32,000 nt of DNA, taken from the NCBI GenBank assembly GCA_016699145.1, contig CP064962.1:390001-422000 (forward strand), given 5' to 3'. The position numbers and the translations under genes are program-made. Below the pieces are notes generated by a model. The model was not told where the DNA came from. It saw only the letters and a program-made list of their open reading frames with translations, and searched no databases. Positions 1 to 8,647 of this stretch are shown one piece after another (the stretch's first letter is position 1; each line of letters opens with the position of its first letter). Source of the DNA: Candidatus Saccharimonadota bacterium. Its GTDB lineage: Bacteria; Patescibacteriota; Gracilibacteria; UBA1369; 2-02-FULL-48-14.

Positions 1-2688
1 GGTGTACCAATATTCTCCGCTCTCCTCTTCTGTAACCTGAATGTCATTGGTGTTCAAAATCATCTTGAGGATTTCGGCATTGTTGGCCACCTCCCCAGGG
101 TGGAAGCTGCCATCGGGGTAACCGCTGATCCATCCCTCTTCTTTTGCAAAGCAAACGTAAGGGGCATACCAATCATCGGTCACATCGCTGAAACAGTTGT
201 TGTACACCGCAGGATCAGGCTCATCCCCAACCGCCAGAACCACAATCTTCATGAGTTCTGCGCGGTTCATACCGTTTTCTTCCTGAACACTTCCATCAGG
301 ATATCCATCGATCACTCCACGTTCGTAGAGGTCCAGGATTTCTTCATAGTAGTCATCGGAAGAAGAAAGATCGCTGAAAGGATTTTCAACTACTTCTCCT
401 ATCCCATCATTTTCATCTTCAAGCTCGTCCGCGTCATCATCGTCGTCACTGCTGCTGGAACTGGAAGAAGATGAACTTCCACCCCCTCCACCGCCATGAG
501 AACCTCCTCCTCCACTACCGCCACCGGAACTGGCGCTAGCCGCAGTGACGTTGGTCATAGCAACACTAGTGTCGGTCGCAATGTCATCGGCAGCGGTTCC
601 TTCGTTTTCAACTTCCAAAGAACTCACGTCATCCGTTCCATCTGTAAAGGCAACGAGACCGGCAAGGATAATATTAGCCGTGCCAGCCGTAATGTCCCCC
701 GTAGCGGTACAAATCACCACTTGAGAAGCATCCGTACAAGAGAAGCTACCCGCACCCGCAAACGTTTCAGAGCTCAAAGAGACTCCAGACACATCCATGA
801 GCGCAGGGAAAGTGATGTCCACTGTATCTGCTGCATCCAAAGCAGTGGGCAAAGTCAAGGTCACCGTAGTGAGGCCCGGATCTCCTTCTACAGAATTGTC
901 TCCAAGTGTTACACTCGCTGCTGCATCGGCAGCGGTTACATCCGTCAAAGCAACCACAGAATCAGTCGCAATGTCATCGGCAGCCGTACCTTCGTTTTCA
1001 ACTTCCAAAGAAGTGATGTCCGTGGTTCCAGCATTGGCTCCAGTGATTCCCGTAAGAACAATGTTTCCGGTACCCACATTAACAACACCATCTGCAGTAC
1101 AGGTCACCAGTTGAGTAGAAGGAGAGGTACAAGCAAAGTTTCCAGCTCCACCAAAGGTCTTAGAACCAAAAGCCACTCCAGAAACATTCACGGAAGTAGG
1201 AAACAGAATATCCACTGTATCAGCCGCATCCAAAGCAGTTGCTAAGGTTAAAGTCACCGTAGTGTTTCCAGAAGCTCCAACCACTGAGTTTTCACCAAGT
1301 ACCACACTTGCGGCAGCATCAGCAGCGGTCACATTCGTAAGCGCCACTACGCTGTCGGTAACAATGTCCTGGGCATCCAAACCTTCATTTTCAACTTCAA
1401 AAGAGGTGATGTCGGTGGTGCCGACATTCGCTCCAGTGATTCCTGTAAGAATAATGGTTCCAGTACCCGCAGTGATCGTGCCTGTTGCCGCACAAGTCAT
1501 AATCTGAGAAGACGGGGTACAGCTAAAGTTTCCACCTCCTCCAAAAGTCTGAGAACCATATACCACCAGAGAAATATCGACATACGAAGGGAAGGTAAGC
1601 TGCACGGTATCATCAGCATCTAAAGCAGTGGTTAATGTAAAAGCCACTGTAGTGTTTCCCGAAGCTCCAACCACTGAGTTCCCTGCTAAAGTTACACTCG
1701 CTGCCGCATCTCCAGCTGTCACATTGGTTAAAGCAACCGCCGTATCAATACCAATATCAGCGGTATCGCCTCCTTCTTCTTCAATTTGGAAATTGCTGAT
1801 GTCAGTGGTATCCGTATAAAAACTAGTGATTCCTGGGATCACAATGGTACCCGCGGCAGAAGTGAAACTACCCCCACTCACCGTACAAGTCACCAGTTGA
1901 GCTGAACTGGCACAAGAAATGGTGGGGCTGCCACCAGCCTCAGTCAAGGTATCAGTAGCAGCAACAGGAGTTACCAAAGCAGACACATTGATATAAGAAG
2001 GAAAAGTAATGATGATTTCATCTGCAGCATCAAGGGACACAAGTGGATTGAAGCTCACCGTGGTGTTGCCCGCAGCACCCACCGTGGGGCTGGCAAGCAC
2101 TACGCTGGCATTGGGATCACCGGCAGAAATATCGATGGTTGCCGTACCTGTTGGATCATCATCGGTACCCTCGGCAGTGGCTCCACCAAACACAAAATCT
2201 GTGGTGGAATCCGCATACAAAGGCGTCACACTGGTGATGAGCACACGAATGGTGTCGCCCGTTTCAGTCGTCCAAGTGGTTTCATCCCAATCTATAGTAA
2301 GGGTGGACCCAGAAATTCCATACTCACCACGGTTATCGGTGTTTTCATTACTGATGGCGGCTTCACCGACTCCATCGTCGGTGGCATCGTCATCGAATTC
2401 CGCGGTAAAGGTGACCCCAGCCCAACCTGTTCCAATATTGGCAGGCAAAGCAAGCGTCAGCGTATCGGCATCGGCCCAAGTTTGTTGGCCGACACCAGTA
2501 CCTAAATCCACCGTATATTCCAATTCTAAAGTAGAAATGACGGAACCTACGGTTCCTGTGGAAGGGCTAACTGAATAAGTGCTCGCAGCAAAAGCAAGCG
2601 GCACTGAATACAGCGCAAGGCTCAATCCCGCCAGCAGAGCGATGAACCTCTTACTGAAGGAACGTGAAATTAAAAAGTTAGAGTGCAT
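1..2688 (-). CDS. Secreted SLH-domain surface protein with four ~130-aa tandem repeats (partial; C-terminus runs off the window)
   Basis: Absent from the ORF track because there is no stop in the window. A minus-strand ATG at 2688..2686 opens a frame that I translated by hand to position 1 (896 codons, no stop). The N-terminus MHSNFLISRSFSKRFIALLAGLSLALYSVPLAFAAS looks like a signal peptide. Four repeats follow, each with a conserved Cys pair (e.g. FSCTPSSQIMTCAATG). Then come a Gly/Ser linker, an acidic run and two SLH-type modules (FSDL..GYPDGS..NRAELMKIV; FSDVTDDWYAPYV..GYPDGSFHP). The six plus-strand track ORFs in this region are antisense artefacts. Confidence 0.85.
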   Translation of the reverse strand, partial: MHSNFLISRSFSKRFIALLAGLSLALYSVPLAFAASTYSVSPSTGTVGSVISTLELEYTVDLGTGVGQQTWADADTLTLALPANIGTGWAGVTFTAEFDDDATDDGVGEAAISNENTDNRGEYGISGSTLTIDWDETTWTTETGDTIRVLITSVTPLYADSTTDFVFGGATAEGTDDDPTGTATIDISAGDPNASVVLASPTVGAAGNTTVSFNPLVSLDAADEIIITFPSYINVSALVTPVAATDTLTEAGGSPTISCASSAQLVTCTVSGGSFTSAAGTIVIPGITSFYTDTTDISNFQIEEEGGDTADIGIDTAVALTNVTAGDAAASVTLAGNSVVGASGNTTVAFTLTTALDADDTVQLTFPSYVDISLVVYGSQTFGGGGNFSCTPSSQIMTCAATGTITAGTGTIILTGITGANVGTTDITSFEVENEGLDAQDIVTDSVVALTNVTAADAAASVVLGENSVVGASGNTTVTLTLATALDAADTVDILFPTSVNVSGVAFGSKTFGGAGNFACTSPSTQLVTCTADGVVNVGTGNIVLTGITGANAGTTDITSLEVENEGTAADDIATDSVVALTDVTAADAAASVTLGDNSVEGDPGLTTVTLTLPTALDAADTVDITFPALMDVSGVSLSSETFAGAGSFSCTDASQVVICTATGDITAGTANIILAGLVAFTDGTDDVSSLEVENEGTAADDIATDTSVAMTNVTAASASSGGGSGGGGSHGGGGGGSSSSSSSSSSDDDDDADELEDENDGIGEVVENPFSDLSSSDDYYEEILDLYERGVIDGYPDGSVQEENGMNRAELMKIVVLAVGDEPDPAVYNNCFSDVTDDWYAPYVCFAKEEGWISGYPDGSFHPGEVANNAEILKMILNTNDIQVTEEESGEYWYT
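540..2110. repeat. In-frame tandem repeat, 390-393 nt period, 4 copies, inside the SLH protein gene
   Basis: The anchor string (g/a/c)caat(g/a)tc recurs at 578, 968, 1361 and 1751, giving spacings of 390, 393 and 390 nt. Translated copies share the pattern NVTA.DAAASV.L..NSV.G..G.TTV...L.TALDA.DTV...FP...VS......TF.G.G.F.C......V.CTA.G....GT..I.L.GI.....GTTDI.S.EVENEG. Outer boundaries are approximate. Confidence 0.85.
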
Positions 2689-2798
2689 AGCGTGGGACTA
2701 AAGAATAAATCGCATAAAGTTTAGACCAATCTCTGGACAACAAAAACGCCTTATTCCCATTTTAAAAGAAAAAGCCTTGCCTAAAAAAGACTTGTTTT

Positions 2799-3428
2799 TT
2801 ACTTATGATGGAGATTCTTGAAAAGAAAATACGACGGCAAAAGGAAGAAGAAAAAAGGGAGCACAATCTGCCAAAACAGCAGCGTTTGCGGGGCAAGAAT
2901 CATGTCCTGAAACACAGCCCAGGGTTGCAAAATTAAATCCCAAGTGTTGAAACGCAGGTAGCGCCCCAAATAAATGGCATACGAACATAAGAAAACAACG
3001 GCTCCAATAAAAAAGCCGCCGCCCCTTTTAAAAAAGCGCAGCCAGAGTTGCTCCGCCTGCTGCAAACTTTTATAAAAGAAGAAGAGAGCCGTCAAAGCAT
3101 AAAAGAAAAGCATTTGAATGTCGTACCACAACATGCTCATCTCTGTTTTCCATTTCAAATGGTAAAAATCCGTCAAAAGGTACGGAGCATTGGGAAGAAA
3201 AAAGAGCCACACCCAGCTTAGGCCAAAAAGAATCCAGCACGAAGCGCCCTTCCATTCTTTGCGAAAAGCCCAGGTGCTGAGAGCGAAAGGGATGAACGCC
3301 AAAAACAAATTGTAAACCAAAAAAGCATAGCTAGGGGTGCCCGTCACCAGCATACGGACCCCAACAATCACCAGGTCAAAAAGAAGAAGATAACGAAGAT
3401 TCATAAAGCGGCATTGGGTCAATTGCAT
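2799..3428 (-). CDS. Polytopic membrane protein, DUF1361-like
   Basis: The track ORF is 2799..3440 with a TTG start. In-frame ATGs at 3428 and 3404 are more likely starts (MNLRYLLLF... at 3404). The protein has several hydrophobic helices. The motif FLPNAPYLLTDFYHL resembles the conserved NAPY..TD motif I associate with DUF1361. Family assignment is from memory only. Confidence 0.6.
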   Translation of the reverse strand: MQLTQCRFMNLRYLLLFDLVIVGVRMLVTGTPSYAFLVYNLFLAFIPFALSTWAFRKEWKGASCWILFGLSWVWLFFLPNAPYLLTDFYHLKWKTEMSMLWYDIQMLFFYALTALFFFYKSLQQAEQLWLRFFKRGGGFFIGAVVFLCSYAIYLGRYLRFNTWDLILQPWAVFQDMILAPQTLLFWQIVLPFFFFLLPSYFLFKNLHHK

Positions 3429-3433
3429 CAATC

Positions 3434-3463
3434 TTAGCAAATTCCTAAAAAAGAGGGTATAAT
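3434..3463 (+). promoter_or_regulatory. Putative sigma70-type promoter (TTAGCA-18 nt-TATAAT) for the 3490 gene
   Basis: TTAGCA lies at 3434..3439 and TATAAT at 3458..3463, with an 18-nt spacer. The -10 box ends 27 nt upstream of the ATG at 3490. It sits in the divergent intergenic region. Pattern match only. Confidence 0.35.
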
Positions 3464-3489
3464 TTAAATAAGCACTTCACCCCCTCTAC

Positions 3490-4827
3490 ATGCGTCGCTC
3501 CCTCCCCCTTCTTATGACACTGGTCCTAATGCTGGGCTTCAGCCCTCGTGCCTTGGCCAGCTTGAACATTCAAAATTGGCCCACCACTAGCAGTGGCACC
3601 GACATCAGTGCAGCTCTCATGCAAGTTTCTAGCAGCTTTGAACCCAGCGGACTGGCTTGGCACCCGGGGCGTCAGCAACTCTTGGCGGTAGGGGACGAAG
3701 GAGAATTGGCAGCCTTCAATACGGATGGAAGCGATGTGACTCTTTGGCAACCCGGCGGAGATCTAGAAGATGTGACCCTTGTAAACAGCTCCAGCTCCTT
3801 GGTTTATTTGGCCGATGAAAACGGTCGCATCCTGGCTTACGATCTTTCCACAAGCCGAATCACTCAAAGCTGGGACGTCACCGAATGGATGCCCCCCTCC
3901 AATGGAAACGGCATGGAAGGACTGACTTATGCGAATGGCTATTTTTACGCAGGCTATCAAGCAGATGGAAAAATTTACGTGCTGAACCTCTCTGGAAGCC
4001 AAGCCACCTTGGTGCGCACCCTCGATGTGCTTTCCGGGTCAGGCTACACGGACCTCGCCGCTCTGCATTATGCCAATGAAACCCTCTACGCCGTTTATGA
4101 CAGCGGAGACCTCTTGGTAGAAATGGATTTGGAAGGAAATATTCAAGCCATCTACTCCCTTCCAGGCAGCAACCAGGAAGGCCTAGCCTTAGGGGAAGAC
4201 GGCAATCAAGACGGGGATGCCAATTTCTACTTGGCCCAAGACTCCGGAGGCATTTTGAGCTATGACGGTTTCCCCGTGCCCACTGCCTCAACTGTCCTAG
4301 ATGAAGACGGCGACGGTGCCCCTTTTGAAAACGATTGCAACGATAACGACGCAACCGTAAGTAGCGAGCAAACTTACTACTTAGACCGAGACGCGGATGG
4401 ACTGGGGTCCTCAAGAAGCGCCCTCTTTTGTGCCAGCACAGCACCCACTGGTTACAGCAGCAATTCCAACGACACTCACGACCGCATCCCCAATGCCGGC
4501 ATTGAAATCGATGGAGACGAAACGGACAACGACGGAGACGGTCTCATCGACGAAGTGAACACTTTGGCTGAAAACGGAGCCCATCCTTATTACAGCACTC
4601 TGAACGTGCATCGAGATGGATCCAGAAAAATCATCGAATACAGCGGCTTGGAAAACGGACACATTCTGGTGCGTTACAAAGACAACTCCGTTTACGACTA
4701 CGCCGCCCTGAATGTGAGCAGTAGCACTCCCACCACAGTGAGTTTAAAGCAAGGCACGGCCTACCTCATCGTAAGATTGGGACAACAGAGAGTGGTGCTG
4801 AGCGGCTACACTGGCCAAGCGAAGTGA
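3490..4827 (+). CDS. Secreted SdiA-regulated/YjiK-like beta-propeller protein fused to MopE-type putative metal-binding motifs
   Basis: Signal peptide MRRSLPLLMTLVLMLGFSPRALAS. The N-terminal half carries repeated motifs (SGLAWHP, LEDVTLV, MEGLTY, QEGLAL) typical of the SdiA-regulated/phytase-like propeller family. It is followed by DEDGDGAPFENDCNDNDATV...YYLDRDADGLGS and EIDGDETDNDGDGLIDE (MopE-like DxDxDG/Cys motifs). The gene ends in TGA. Confidence 0.8.
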   Translation: MRRSLPLLMTLVLMLGFSPRALASLNIQNWPTTSSGTDISAALMQVSSSFEPSGLAWHPGRQQLLAVGDEGELAAFNTDGSDVTLWQPGGDLEDVTLVNSSSSLVYLADENGRILAYDLSTSRITQSWDVTEWMPPSNGNGMEGLTYANGYFYAGYQADGKIYVLNLSGSQATLVRTLDVLSGSGYTDLAALHYANETLYAVYDSGDLLVEMDLEGNIQAIYSLPGSNQEGLALGEDGNQDGDANFYLAQDSGGILSYDGFPVPTASTVLDEDGDGAPFENDCNDNDATVSSEQTYYLDRDADGLGSSRSALFCASTAPTGYSSNSNDTHDRIPNAGIEIDGDETDNDGDGLIDEVNTLAENGAHPYYSTLNVHRDGSRKIIEYSGLENGHILVRYKDNSVYDYAALNVSSSTPTTVSLKQGTAYLIVRLGQQRVVLSGYTGQAK

Positions 4828-4855
4828 ACCAGCCAAAGAGGGCCTCAGAGTTCCT

Positions 4856-6772
4856 CTAGTAGCGATGATCGAAGAGCTTGTCCGCAATCTCTGCAGCTTC
4901 CGCACGAGTGATGGAATTTGCAGGACGGAAGGTGTCGTTGTCGTAACCTTCAATGAGATCTTCCTCATCGCCATAAACAATATAAGGCGCAAACCAATCG
5001 CGGTCGTCCACATCGTCAAAATCAATGTCGGAATCGTCTAAATCTTCATCGAGTAGGTCATCCAAATCGTCCCCTTCCAGTTCTAAGCGGACCAAAATCA
5101 CCATGGCCTCCGCACGAGTGATGGCCTGATTGGGGAAAAACCTTCCCTTGCTTCCATTCACAATTCCAAGATCGGTGGCAAAAGTCACATAATCATAAAA
5201 CCAATCGTTGGAATCCACGTCGAGGTACTCATCCGCAGAACGCACAATTTCAACATCCAGCTCTGAATTGAGCAGAGCAATTTTCAAGAATTCCGCACGA
5301 GTCACACTGTCATTGGGAATGTAGTAATGACGCTTGCGGCCTTGCACCACCTCACGGTCGTAAAGGTCACAAATCTCTTCTTCAGCCCAATGCCTATCGA
5401 TGTCATAGAAGTACCCATCGTCACAACTGCCGTCATAGCGTTCATCGTCATAACGATCGTCGCGATCCACGGAACTCAAGCGGACCTCATCGTCATCGTC
5501 GTCCTCATCGCCGGCATCGTCTTCTAAGTTGAGGTATTCCGTGCGACAGTTGTTGCTTTCGCGCGCTTCCCTCACTTCATCTTCGGTGTCCACACACACT
5601 TCCAATTCATAGGTTTCATCTTCACGACGTAACAAATCCCCCATGTTGACTTCAGAATCTTCCCCTTCATCCAAAAAAGTATCGGAAGAGTTTTGTTCGT
5701 AGTCGCGGCTCCATTCCACGTCCCCATCAATGCTCAGTTCCACACGTACTTCGTCGTTGGAAGAAACATCCTTGTCCCCCTTATTCTCAAGCACTGCAAT
5801 GATGTCTCCATCAGCTTGCAAGTAAATGTCCTCCACTGAAAGATCAGGAATATTCGTGCTAGAACGTCCGCCACCGGAACCGGAGCTGCCTCCATAGTAA
5901 GGACTTCCGCCTTCATCATCATCGTCACTGTCATCTTCATCATTTTCGTCATCGTCGTCCTCATCCTCGTCTTCGTCGTCATCGGCATCCGCCACCAAAA
6001 CAGTGACTTCAAAAGAATCACATGCGTGTTGAATGGAAGCGCCTTGATCCACATCTTCCACACAAATTTCAACGGTATAAGCTTCATCCCCCGTCACCGC
6101 AGCATAGAGGTGAGTGGCCGTGATGTAGATGGTGTCTCCCAACTCAAATTCAGGGTTTTCGCTACCGCTTCCATCCCCCCAATCGATGCGTACAAAAGGA
6201 GCATCACTACCCGCAAGGTCTTGAATATAGGCCTGTAAGGTGAGCTCTTCACCCAAGGTCAAGGTTTGATCGGAACCCGCTTCCAAAATAAAAGGAGTGG
6301 GCTCTTCTTCCTCTTCAGGTTCTTCTTCAGAAGTGGAGAAAATTTCGGTGACACAGTTGTTGTCTTCATCGGATTCCTCGCTCACATCGCCTCCATCAAT
6401 ACACACTTCAATCTCATCGCCTTCCACCAATTCTACAGCAGAAGAAAAGGCCAAGACCCCAGTGGTTTCATCGCCGGCATTTAAAAAGTCCAGCAGAGAA
6501 ACATTGATACGATTCCAAGCATAAACGGTTGTTCGGTCTGAGCCGTTCAAAGTGGCAATGTTGTAACCACCCGCCGTATTGGGATCCACAGAAACGCCAC
6601 CCAAATTGGCATAATCCACCGTCACTGTATAATAACCAGGAACGGAAGTATTTTCGGTGAACTGCATATTGCTCACCGTCAAATCAGGATGAGTCGCATC
6701 CGCTGAGGCCAAAAACGGAAGTGAAGTCAAAAGCAAGGCCAAAACAAGCAGGAAAGCTCCTATTTTTTTCAT
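4856..6772 (-). CDS. Hyper-acidic secreted surface protein: CARDB-like domains + PKD-like domain + poly-Asp/Glu tract + 3 C-terminal SLH domains
   Basis: The track ORF (4856..7051) is over-extended and overlaps queA. The internal ATG at 6772 gives MKKIGAFLLVLALLLTSLPFLASADA, a classic signal peptide. CARDB-type modules are present (PDLTVSNMQF..., IPDLSVEDIYL...VCVDTEDEVREARESNNCRTE). There is a PKD-like motif (IDWGDGSGS...THLY...YTVEICVED) and the tract DADDDEDEDEDDDDENDEDDSDDDDEGG. Three SLH modules close the protein (HWAEEEICDLY...TRAEFLKI; DWFYDYVTFA...TRAEAMVIL; DWFAPYIVYG...TRAEAAEIA). Confidence 0.85.
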   Translation of the reverse strand: MKKIGAFLLVLALLLTSLPFLASADATHPDLTVSNMQFTENTSVPGYYTVTVDYANLGGVSVDPNTAGGYNIATLNGSDRTTVYAWNRINVSLLDFLNAGDETTGVLAFSSAVELVEGDEIEVCIDGGDVSEESDEDNNCVTEIFSTSEEEPEEEEEPTPFILEAGSDQTLTLGEELTLQAYIQDLAGSDAPFVRIDWGDGSGSENPEFELGDTIYITATHLYAAVTGDEAYTVEICVEDVDQGASIQHACDSFEVTVLVADADDDEDEDEDDDDENDEDDSDDDDEGGSPYYGGSSGSGGGRSSTNIPDLSVEDIYLQADGDIIAVLENKGDKDVSSNDEVRVELSIDGDVEWSRDYEQNSSDTFLDEGEDSEVNMGDLLRREDETYELEVCVDTEDEVREARESNNCRTEYLNLEDDAGDEDDDDDEVRLSSVDRDDRYDDERYDGSCDDGYFYDIDRHWAEEEICDLYDREVVQGRKRHYYIPNDSVTRAEFLKIALLNSELDVEIVRSADEYLDVDSNDWFYDYVTFATDLGIVNGSKGRFFPNQAITRAEAMVILVRLELEGDDLDDLLDEDLDDSDIDFDDVDDRDWFAPYIVYGDEEDLIEGYDNDTFRPANSITRAEAAEIADKLFDHRY

Positions 6773-6900
6773 ATTGAAAGGGATAATCAAGGTGGAATTA
6801 TGGGCATCGCCAAGACCAAAGTCAACAGGAATAAGGCTTGCCAAAGCCAAAATCACGTGACAGACTGAAGTCCTCAGTCTTAATTTAAGCCCGGAGTTTT

Positions 6901-7932
6901 TTGGACTCGCTTTACACCTACACCCTCCCCGAGCGCTGCATCGCACAAACTCCAGCTTCCCCGCGCGACCACTCCAAACTGCTGATTTACGACACGGCGA
7001 GCGGTGCAGTGAGTTTCGACCGCTATTTGAATTTGGATCGCTATCTGCCACAGGACAGTCTTTTGGTGATGAACGAAAGCAAAGTGCTGCCCTGCCGAGT
7101 GCCAGTCAAAGGCCCCAAAAATGAACCCTTAGAACTGCTGGTGATGAGCAATGAATGGAAACCCAGCAATACCGTGCTTTTGGCCACTGTGAATAAGAAA
7201 CTGCAGCCCGGCGAGCGGCTTGCCCTGCCCCAAGGACACCGACTCACCGTATTGGAGTCCACAGAAAAAATCTTCCGCTTCAAAGCCAGTTTCAATCTGG
7301 CTCGCTTGCCGGAAGTCTTGGCCCGCATCGGGCAAATGCCCGTCCCCCGTTACATCAAAGATTGCCCGCTCACCGAAGAAGAGTTGCGTAAAAAATACCA
7401 AACGGTCTTCGCTAAAAAACCGGGTTCCGTGGCGGCCCCGACCGCCTCCTTGCATTTCACTCCACGTCTCTTTAAAAAACTCAAAAAAAAAGGTCATGAA
7501 CTTGCTTTTGTCACCCTACATGTGGGACTGGGCACCTTTGCTCCTGTACTGCCCGAGCACCTAGAAAGCCGCACCCTATATAAGGAATATTACGAGATTC
7601 CAGAAAATAGCAGGATTCAAATAGAAAAGCACAAAGCTGCCGGAAAGCCAATATTCGCCGTGGGCACCACCAGTACGCGCACCCTGGAAGCATGGGCCGA
7701 AACTGGAGCCAACAAGGGCCCCACGGAACTTTTCATTCTTCCTCCTTACCCCTTTCAAGTCTTGGATGGACTGCTCACCAATTTTCACATTCCGGGTTCC
7801 TCACTCATGATGCTGGTCGAGGCTTTTCTGCAACACAAAAAGGCAAAACACCACCTCAAAGACCTCTATGCCTCGGCCCTCGAAAAAGAATTTCGCTTTT
7901 ATTCTTTTGGAGATGGTATGCTCATCTTGTAA
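6901..7932 (+). CDS. queA: S-adenosylmethionine:tRNA ribosyltransferase-isomerase
   Basis: The N-terminus (M)DSLYTYTLPERCIAQTPASPRDHSKLLIYD matches the conserved QueA start (F.Y.LP..LIAQ.P...RD.S+LL). The C-terminus is RFYSFGDGMLIL, and AVGTTSTRTLE is present internally. The start is TTG at 6901, with no in-frame ATG near the conserved N-terminus. Confidence 0.9.
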   Translation: MDSLYTYTLPERCIAQTPASPRDHSKLLIYDTASGAVSFDRYLNLDRYLPQDSLLVMNESKVLPCRVPVKGPKNEPLELLVMSNEWKPSNTVLLATVNKKLQPGERLALPQGHRLTVLESTEKIFRFKASFNLARLPEVLARIGQMPVPRYIKDCPLTEEELRKKYQTVFAKKPGSVAAPTASLHFTPRLFKKLKKKGHELAFVTLHVGLGTFAPVLPEHLESRTLYKEYYEIPENSRIQIEKHKAAGKPIFAVGTTSTRTLEAWAETGANKGPTELFILPPYPFQVLDGLLTNFHIPGSSLMMLVEAFLQHKKAKHHLKDLYASALEKEFRFYSFGDGMLIL

Positions 7933-7959
7933 AATAGAGGCCACGATTTAATCCACCCA

Positions 7960-8646
7960 ATGAACAGTCCCATCACTCTAGGAATTGCTTTTACGGCGGG
8001 CCTCGTTTCCTTTCTTTCACCCTGTGTTTTACCCCTGATTCCGGGGTTTTTAAGCCACCTTGGGGGCAGCACCCTCAGCGACGCCAAAATCAAACGCTGG
8101 AGCATTTTTTTGAGCAGTGTCTTTTTTGTACTCGGTTTCTCCACCTTTTTCGCTTTGATTGGAGTCCTGCTCAACACGGTGCTCAGTCAGTGGGGCACGG
8201 AAGTTCAAAGCTGGGTGGCTCGCCTCGGCGGCGCTTTCATCATTTTATTTGGGCTTTTTTTAACAGGCATTCTCACCCCCACTTTTTTACAAAAAGAATA
8301 CAAATTCAAGCCTCGCTTGCATCCGGCATCACGCCACTTCTCTGCCTTTTTATTTGGAGCCGCTTTCGCTGCAGGTTGGACCCCGTGCGTGGGCCCCGTT
8401 TTGGGCAGCATTCTGGTACTTGCCACCGTTTCCCCTAGCTCATCTTTTGCCCTCTTGCTGACTTATTCTTTTGGGATGGGCCTACCCTTCCTGCTCGTGG
8501 GCCTCTTTGCCAGCCCCGCCGCAAACCTCATTCGCCGGTATCGCATGGCTCTGCAAGGAGTGACCGTGATCTTTGGTATTTTACTGATCGCCTTGGGTAT
8601 TCTGGTTTTCACTGAACGGCTCGACCTTTTCTTTGCCTCTTTTTGA
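7960..8646 (+). CDS. ccdA: Cytochrome c biogenesis / thiol-disulfide transporter CcdA (DsbD-family membrane protein)
   Basis: Both conserved Cys motifs are present: LSPCVLPLIPGFL and WTPCVGPVLGSIL. The protein is 228 aa and polytopic. Confidence 0.9.
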   Translation: MNSPITLGIAFTAGLVSFLSPCVLPLIPGFLSHLGGSTLSDAKIKRWSIFLSSVFFVLGFSTFFALIGVLLNTVLSQWGTEVQSWVARLGGAFIILFGLFLTGILTPTFLQKEYKFKPRLHPASRHFSAFLFGAAFAAGWTPCVGPVLGSILVLATVSPSSSFALLLTYSFGMGLPFLLVGLFASPAANLIRRYRMALQGVTVIFGILLIALGILVFTERLDLFFASF

Positions 8647-8647
8647 T

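Noticed and set aside
100-2578. Six plus-strand track ORFs (100..474, 496..1245, 797..1114, 1262..1507, 1628..1819, 2009..2578)
   Set aside because: All lie antisense to one continuous 896-codon minus-strand frame that has a signal peptide, ordered repeats and SLH modules. Their translations are low-complexity S/T/V/A/R strings with no recognisable motifs.
6862-6880. Hairpin AGACTGA-agtcc-TCAGTCT upstream of queA, considered as a terminator or riboswitch element
   Set aside because: The 7-bp stem is AT-containing with no following U-run and no upstream co-directional gene to terminate. It does not resemble the preQ1 riboswitch consensus that I can recall.
6773-7051. N-terminal 93-aa extension of the 731-aa track ORF (MADSDPNS...)
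   Set aside because: It overlaps the queA 5' region on the opposite strand and is Arg/Cys/Ser-rich junk. The internal ATG at 6772 gives a textbook signal peptide (MKKIGAFLLVLALLL...).
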